Below the pieces are notes generated by a model, which saw only the letters and a program-made list of their open reading frames with translations, did not search any database and had not been told where the DNA came from. From contig CAZZXB010000088.1 in NCBI GenBank assembly GCA_964658025.1, positions 1-12,826 of the forward strand: a stretch of DNA of 12,826 nt. The letters are read 5' to 3'. Shown here one piece after another: positions 7,435-12,826 of the stretch (position 1 is its first letter; every line of letters starts with the position of its first letter). The position numbers were made by a program, and so were the translations under genes. This stretch comes from an uncultured Janthinobacterium sp. (GTDB lineage Bacteria > Vulcanimicrobiota > Vulcanimicrobiia > Vulcanimicrobiales > Vulcanimicrobiaceae).

Positions 7435-8427
7435 GTGCGACCGACGTTCGAGATCGACGACGCGACGCTCGCGCACAACGCGCGCGCCTGGAGCGCGTTC
7501 GCGGGCGCGCCGATTCGGGCGGTCGTCAAAGCCGACGGCTACGGCGTCGGCGCGCGACGGATCGTCCGCGCGATCGACGACGACGTCGCCGGTTACTTCG
7601 TCGCGGACGTCGAGGAGTTCGACGCGCTCCGCGACGCCACGGCCCGTCCGATCGCGACCTTCGCCGACGTTCCGATCGATCGCATCGCGGACGTCCTCGA
7701 TCGCGGCGGCATACCGAATTGCTCGTCTCGCGACGCGATCGACGTCGCACGTGCGTGGGCTTCGGACGCGCGTCGGATCGCGCGCGTCCGCATCGGCGTT
7801 CGCCCGGCGATCGGATGGGCGGGATTCGATCCGGAAGAGATTCCGATCCTGGCCTCGGATCTCGCGAGCGACGCGCTCGCGATCGAGTGTTGGAGCCACC
7901 TCACGGACGAAGCCGCGGCCGCCGAACAGCGCGCGGCGTTCGAAGCCGCGCTCGCGATCCTACGCACGGCGAACGTCTCGATCGTCGCGACCGATTTCGA
8001 CGGAACGGCGGCGCTCGCACGATCCGGAGGCAGCGGAAGCTTCGCGCGCGTCGGCATCGGATTGTTCGGTTTCCGTCTCGGCGCGACGATCGACGTACGC
8101 TCCGTCTTTCGGCTCGACGCTCCGATCGTTTCCGTCGAACGATCGCGCGGCCAGCGCGTCGGTTACGGAACGCGCCGCCTTCCTCCCGACGGGTTCGCGA
8201 TCGTCGTACGCTGCGGATACGCCGAAGGCTTGCCGCGCGAGCCGGACGCGATCCCGGGCCTCCGCGCGGTCGGCATGCAGTACGCGCAACTCCATGCGAC
8301 GCGACCACCGATCGGCACGTCGCTCGCCCTCATCGACGACCGAACCGATCTCGACGCGCTCTGCGCGCGCGCCCGCATCGACCCGCACGAATTCATGGTT
8401 CGGCTCGCTTCGCAGCTTCGCTGCTAG
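7435..8427 (+). CDS. alr: Alanine racemase family PLP enzyme (divergent), 330 aa
   Basis: EIDDATLAHN, AVVKADGYGVGA (PLP Lys32), WSHL, ARVGIGLFG, VGYG (Tyr244) and GYAEGLPR; GTG start 3 nt after the selD stop. Confidence 0.8.
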   Translation: MRPTFEIDDATLAHNARAWSAFAGAPIRAVVKADGYGVGARRIVRAIDDDVAGYFVADVEEFDALRDATARPIATFADVPIDRIADVLDRGGIPNCSSRDAIDVARAWASDARRIARVRIGVRPAIGWAGFDPEEIPILASDLASDALAIECWSHLTDEAAAAEQRAAFEAALAILRTANVSIVATDFDGTAALARSGGSGSFARVGIGLFGFRLGATIDVRSVFRLDAPIVSVERSRGQRVGYGTRRLPPDGFAIVVRCGYAEGLPREPDAIPGLRAVGMQYAQLHATRPPIGTSLALIDDRTDLDALCARARIDPHEFMVRLASQLRC

Positions 8428-9742
8428 CATCCCGGATGTTCGATACGGGCTTTTTGAGCCTGCCTGATGCCGACGGAGCGTTCGTGCGACGATCTTTGGA
8501 CGAAGCTCCGTCGGACCGATCGCGAGCCTCAACCGTCGCATCGTTACCGTAGAGCTTCGTTATTCCGAGCGTCGTCGTCGTGTCGTCCGTCGACGTGCGT
8601 TTGCCCGACTCATTGTCGTAGTTTTCCGCGTGACGCCGCTCGATCTCGCACAACAGGATCCGACCCGCCGAGTATGTTTCATCCGCATCGACTTCGGTGA
8701 TGCCGGTAATCCGCGTCCGACTACGGCGAGCGATCACCCGATGCGCGAGACGGCCTCGACTCGCCGCGCCGCAGACGTCGGGAACGGTCGCGTCCGCCGT
8801 TCCCGACACCGTGACGACATACGTGTCCGCCGGGAGCGCCTTTCCGCCGGGATACCAGTCGGGGACCGTCGTCGCGCCCTTCTGCACCGGATACGGCGGC
8901 GGTCCGACCTCCCGGCCGGTGGAACTACTCGTCACGAGAATCGTGTAGGCACCGCCCGTGGGCGCGGCCGTCGCGGCCGCGATCCGGACATCGGCGTTCG
9001 AAAATCCCGGAGCCGATGAGCTCTCGCTTCCCGATCCGTCGGCGTGCTGCTCGAAGCTATTATGCAACACGAAGTCCTGACTGCTCCCCTCGACCGTTCC
9101 GTCGGCAGCGACGCGCTCGGAGATACTCCCGTCGCCGGCAGCGCCGAGCTGGTCCGAAATCGAGGTTTCTTCCGAACGCGCCGGTTGGTTCGTACGGATG
9201 CCGGGTCGCGCCGCGTCGACGATCGGCGGCGTATCGTAGGTCGTAACGATCGATTTTCGATCGATACCGTCGAACGGCGAGTGGGCGACGATTCCGGAAT
9301 CCGTCCGAAGATATCCGAACGTCGCGCGATCGACTTCGGACTCGTCGAGGAGCACGTCTCCGGTTTCGTCGACGCGCTCGTCGCGAACGACGACCTCACG
9401 CATCGCCGCGTCGGGTCGGTATCCGCCGGAACGAACGGCGAAGAAACGCGTCTCGGTTTCGAGCAACCGACTTCCGAAGCGCTCGCTCGTCCGCGACGCC
9501 CGAACGTCGAAAACTCCGTCGTAGTCCGCACCGCCCGATCGCCACGAGTCGGCCTCCGCGACGTGCCGAACTTCTCGCGTTCCCATGTAGGCGTGCGTCT
9601 CGAAGTCTCGTTCGCCGTGCGGCGCGGGGTCGGCATCGCACGGTTCGTGGACGGACGCTCCGACGAGCGCGAGCGAGAGAAGCGTCACGCGGGCGACGAG
9701 AATCGTGCCCGGTGGACGACCGTGGCGGCACGAACCGATCAT
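8393..9742 (-). CDS. Hypothetical, probably exported protein, up to 449 aa
   Basis: ATG overlaps the upstream TGA (ATGA coupling at 9739-9742); hydrophobic N-terminal stretch (ILVARVTLLSLALVGA); Thr/Ser/Asp-rich beta-like body. The 3' end overlaps alr by 35 bp. Confidence 0.7.
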   Translation of the reverse strand: MIGSCRHGRPPGTILVARVTLLSLALVGASVHEPCDADPAPHGERDFETHAYMGTREVRHVAEADSWRSGGADYDGVFDVRASRTSERFGSRLLETETRFFAVRSGGYRPDAAMREVVVRDERVDETGDVLLDESEVDRATFGYLRTDSGIVAHSPFDGIDRKSIVTTYDTPPIVDAARPGIRTNQPARSEETSISDQLGAAGDGSISERVAADGTVEGSSQDFVLHNSFEQHADGSGSESSSAPGFSNADVRIAAATAAPTGGAYTILVTSSSTGREVGPPPYPVQKGATTVPDWYPGGKALPADTYVVTVSGTADATVPDVCGAASRGRLAHRVIARRSRTRITGITEVDADETYSAGRILLCEIERRHAENYDNESGKRTSTDDTTTTLGITKLYGNDATVEARDRSDGASSKDRRTNAPSASGRLKKPVSNIRDASSEAAKRAEP

Positions 9743-11175
9743 AGGCCGAGATCGTGCTTCGTATCGGACGGGCCGACCGCTCGCCCGCGGGCGACGGACG
9801 GTGCCGGTCGATGCGCCGGCGTGACGTCGTGGACGACGAGGCCGTGTCGACCGATGTCGATCTCGAGTTCGCGCCCGTCGCGTAAGGCCGCTTCGAGCGC
9901 CGGACGTCGCTCGGTCGGCGTATTGTCGAGCAGCTCTTGCCGAGGGTACATCGTCGTCTCACCGTCGCGCTCGTTGTGCAGACCGATCAACGGCCCGACG
10001 TTGAAGACCTTGCCGAGTTGCCGATGCCCGGTTCCGACCGTCTGCATTCGACCGTCTTCGAAAACGTGTAAGAGCGTTTGCGAGTTCGGTCGCGCACCGG
10101 CCGCGGAATCGCCGTTCGCGTGGTCTCGTTCCGAAGGCGTTCGGTTTGCGTCGTGCCCCGAATGCTCGGTCGCACGGCCGTTCGCGGCACGATCGCGTGC
10201 GTGGAGCACGTGGCCCCGCTCGTCGATCCGGATCGTCGGATCGTTCTCGGGTGGGACGACGCCGTGGAGATCTTTCGCTACGTCGAACGTGACGTAACGG
10301 CCGCCGCCGACGTGTTGCGCGACCGTGTGCGGATCGAGGTGGAGGAACGCCCCCGAGGTCGGCTTCCCGTTCCACGGCTCGATCGTCGATGTCGGAACGG
10401 CGGCCGGCGGCGGTCGATACCCTTGCATCGCGAGCGCGAACCGCTCGTTATGGATCGCCGCCCGAACGGCGTCGGGATCGTGAAGCGGCGGCCCCGACAC
10501 GACGACCGTCTGCGCGGGAGCGGTCGTGTCGTAGGCGATACCGCCGTGGTCGTCGCGTTTGCCCTCGTGGGAGAGATATCGCAACGCTCGGTCCTCGAAA
10601 CCGCGGATGTTCCGTTGTTCTTCCGCGGTCGTGAATCGCTGCGATTCGCGCGAGACGTTCTCCGCAAAGCGCTGCGGGTCGCGATCGAATTCGAGCGCGT
10701 GACCTTCTTCGTGCAAGAGTCCGAGGGCGGGCGTTTGCTTCGAACCGTTTACGTTGAGGAGCGCCGAATGCGGATCCCAGCGGATCGTGTTGTGGAGCGC
10801 TTGGAACTTGTCGTCGCCGTCGCCGATCCGCGCGACGGTAAGCGGATTCTTCTCGTGCTGCATCGCGTACAGCGCGCCGACCGCTTCGGGATCCTTCGCG
10901 AGATACCGTTGCGCCGCCGAAAAATCACCGACGAGATCTCGTTCGACGCGGAGCGATCCGAAATGGACGTACGGATCGCCCGGCTTATCGAGCGTCGGCA
11001 CGAGCAACGTTTCGACCGTCACGCCCTTCGGCGCGTTTGCGAACGACTCCGACCCGGCCACATGCGCGTCGACCAACGGATGCGTCTGCTGCGCGGCGAG
11101 CTGCGCTCGCTCTTGCGGCGACCAATCGTCGGCTGGAGGCCCCTTCCCAGCGTTCGCGGTGCGACCTTCGTTCAC
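9739..11175 (-). CDS. HExxH zinc metallopeptidase-like protein with C-terminal KfrB-like domain(s), 478 aa
   Basis: GAGGAG Shine-Dalgarno 6 nt before the GTG; TPALGLLHEEGHALE (HExxH at 10699-10713) followed by EEQRNIRGFE; WNGKPTSGAFLHLDPHTVAQHVGGGRYVTFD resembles KfrB; ends KHDLGL; no signal peptide. Confidence 0.8.
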   Translation of the reverse strand: MNEGRTANAGKGPPADDWSPQERAQLAAQQTHPLVDAHVAGSESFANAPKGVTVETLLVPTLDKPGDPYVHFGSLRVERDLVGDFSAAQRYLAKDPEAVGALYAMQHEKNPLTVARIGDGDDKFQALHNTIRWDPHSALLNVNGSKQTPALGLLHEEGHALEFDRDPQRFAENVSRESQRFTTAEEQRNIRGFEDRALRYLSHEGKRDDHGGIAYDTTAPAQTVVVSGPPLHDPDAVRAAIHNERFALAMQGYRPPPAAVPTSTIEPWNGKPTSGAFLHLDPHTVAQHVGGGRYVTFDVAKDLHGVVPPENDPTIRIDERGHVLHARDRAANGRATEHSGHDANRTPSERDHANGDSAAGARPNSQTLLHVFEDGRMQTVGTGHRQLGKVFNVGPLIGLHNERDGETTMYPRQELLDNTPTERRPALEAALRDGRELEIDIGRHGLVVHDVTPAHRPAPSVARGRAVGPSDTKHDLGL

Positions 11176-11207
11176 GTCCGGCTCCTCGCGTCTACGACGG
11201 GGCGATA

Positions 11208-11741
11208 CTACGATTTGTATTTCTTGAAAAACGCGGCGTCTTCGGGTGCGAATTCGCTACGGAGCCAACGTTGCAACGTCTCGTTTGCGAAGGCGACCGT
11301 TTTGCCGTCGATCATGCCGTTCGGGGCGATCGCGGAGGCGTAGAGTTCGGAGAGGCGTTTGCCGTCGGCATCGATGAAGACGAGCTTCCACCGATATTCC
11401 GTGCTCCGATCCGACGGGCTCGCCTTCGCTTCCGCCACGTGCGCGAAGATCGCGTCGATGCGGGCGGGGTCGTCGACCTCTTGCCTGACGACGTCCGCGT
11501 TCGACTCGAGCCGTTCGGGATGGATGGCGGTCCGCGTCGTGATCGTCTGCGAGACGTGAAAGACGTCGACGCGACGGGTGTATCGACGGAGGTCGTTCGA
11601 AAACTCGATCGCGTGCGATGACATATGGTGCTCCTTTGCCTCGAGCGGCGCGAACGCGAGCGTCAGCGTCGTCGCACAAACGGCGAGAAGCGCGCGGCCT
11701 CTCCGTGCGCTCCGACTCGGGCGAGAAACGGCCTCGCTCAA
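11208..11741 (-). CDS. Hypothetical secreted/periplasmic protein, about 177 aa
   Basis: Only the 3' third of the 516-aa track ORF looks like protein. A TTG start overlaps the upstream TGA (TTGA). The Sec-type signal RRGRALLAVCATTLTLAFAPLEA precedes a globular domain (RVDVFHV...YRWKLVFIDADGKRLSELY). Confidence 0.75.
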   Translation of the reverse strand: MSEAVSRPSRSARRGRALLAVCATTLTLAFAPLEAKEHHMSSHAIEFSNDLRRYTRRVDVFHVSQTITTRTAIHPERLESNADVVRQEVDDPARIDAIFAHVAEAKASPSDRSTEYRWKLVFIDADGKRLSELYASAIAPNGMIDGKTVAFANETLQRWLRSEFAPEDAAFFKKYKS

Positions 11742-12826
11742 TACGGGTTTCCGTACGTCGGCGAACCGGCGCTCCCCGGAAGGGGCAACGTGCCGATCGG
11801 GTGCTGGCGTTGCCAGAGCGGATTTTGCGGGTTGTTGGGGTCGGGATAATACGGTTGCTCGTTCGGGACGGCGACGGTCTGATAATCGTTCTGGAGGATG
11901 AATGCGAGATCGCGCTTGGCCTGCGCGCTGCCCCGGTTCGCGCAATCCTGAAGCATACGCATCCCCGCGTCCCAATCGGCCTTCACGCCGTCGCGTCCCG
12001 CGAGCGTATCGATCGCGACGTCTTCCACGCCGATCAAATTGCCGAGCGCGGCGCCCTTTCGGAAGAGTTCGATCGCACGCGGACCGTCTCGCGCGAGCCC
12101 GTAGCCGTTCGATAAGAGATAGCCGAGTTGCAGATCTCCGTCGCTCTCCGGAATGAGCTTCCGCACGTCTGCAAGCCACGATTCTGCGTTGTCGCGGAGG
12201 ATGCCGTAGTCGTGATGCTCGCGATAATACACGACGAGATTGAATTTCGCGCGACCGCTCCCGGCCGCGGCCGCCCGTTTCATGAGATCGAGTCCGTGCG
12301 CGACGTCGCCCGCTGGAAGCCCGTAGGCGGCCGACGGATAGACGTACGCGTATCCGAGGTGGTACGTCGCCTGCACCGTTCGATGCGCGAGTAAGAGCGC
12401 GAGACCGGCTTTCGGGTCGGCCTCCGTTCCGACGCCCTCCATCAGATCCGACCCGCGATTCGCGATGCCGTAATAATCGCCGCCGTTCGCGGCACGCACC
12501 TCGAACGCGTACGCGGCGCGCTCGTCGGGAAACGGGAGTTTGTAGAATTCCATCCACGCGAGCATCTCGGCGGCGAAGGGATCGCCGGCGGCGAGCGCCG
12601 TCTCGAACGATGCGTGCGCCGCGTCGAAATCGGCGCCGGCCGCACCTGCGGAACGCGCGTACGCGACGTATCCACGCGCGAAGGGATCGCGCGCTCCACG
12701 CGCTACGGCGCGATCGAATAACGCGCCCGCCGCATGCATGTCTTGCGTCATACCGCATCCTCGAATGTTCGCGAGGCCGAGCGCCTCGAGCGCCGCCGCA
12801 TCGCCGCGTGCGGCTCCCGCGCGAAA
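11738..12826 (-). CDS. Sel1-like repeat (TPR) protein, 5'-partial
   Basis: The frame stays open to the window edge (FRAGAARGDAAALEALGLANIRGCGMTQD...). Repeats include LGYLLSNGYGLARDGPRAIELFRKGAALGN, GVGTEADPKAG and CANRGSAQAKRDLA; Pro/Asn-rich tail. Confidence 0.88.
   Translation of the reverse strand, partial: FRAGAARGDAAALEALGLANIRGCGMTQDMHAAGALFDRAVARGARDPFARGYVAYARSAGAAGADFDAAHASFETALAAGDPFAAEMLAWMEFYKLPFPDERAAYAFEVRAANGGDYYGIANRGSDLMEGVGTEADPKAGLALLLAHRTVQATYHLGYAYVYPSAAYGLPAGDVAHGLDLMKRAAAAGSGRAKFNLVVYYREHHDYGILRDNAESWLADVRKLIPESDGDLQLGYLLSNGYGLARDGPRAIELFRKGAALGNLIGVEDVAIDTLAGRDGVKADWDAGMRMLQDCANRGSAQAKRDLAFILQNDYQTVAVPNEQPYYPDPNNPQNPLWQRQHPIGTLPLPGSAGSPTYGNPY

Noticed and set aside
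484..11621. Many long alternative-frame or antisense ORFs (e.g. 484-1401, 1885-2832, 4722-6425, 7320-8552, 9044-10297, 10078-11343)
   Set aside because: Arg/Ala-rich translations without motifs that overlap well-supported genes, as expected in very GC-rich DNA.
11742..12758. 5' two-thirds of the 516-aa minus-strand ORF
   Set aside because: Arg-rich shadow frame overlapping the Sel1-repeat gene.
1..12826. tRNA (including tRNA-Sec), rRNA, CRISPR array, IS element
   Set aside because: No cloverleaf, regular repeat-spacer pattern or transposase/integrase motif was seen, and the intergenic spaces are short.

Overview
A very GC-rich bacterial window; the style is compatible with Eremiobacterota/Vulcanimicrobiota-type soil bacteria, but that assignment is inference only. 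The left and middle parts are mostly housekeeping: a partial CDS, a class-V PLP aminotransferase, a hotdog-fold (PaaI-like) protein, a small Cys/His-rich protein, an HNH nuclease, a tldD-tldE(pmbA) pair followed by a small Tat-like ORF, selD and a divergent alanine-racemase-family gene. The ORF track splits selD: it most likely starts at 6388 and contains an in-frame UGA (selenocysteine, GGG-U-ASK) followed by a SECIS-like hairpin. Three genes appear to be leaderless (TANNNT box 6-7 nt before the ATG). The right end (8393-12826, minus strand) is a tightly packed, accessory-looking four-gene module: a Sel1-repeat protein, a signal-peptide protein, an HExxH metallopeptidase with KfrB-like C-terminal domain(s) and a relaxase-like tail, and a putative exported protein. 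This module is the best candidate for an undescribed system, possibly a secreted effector with immunity partners.
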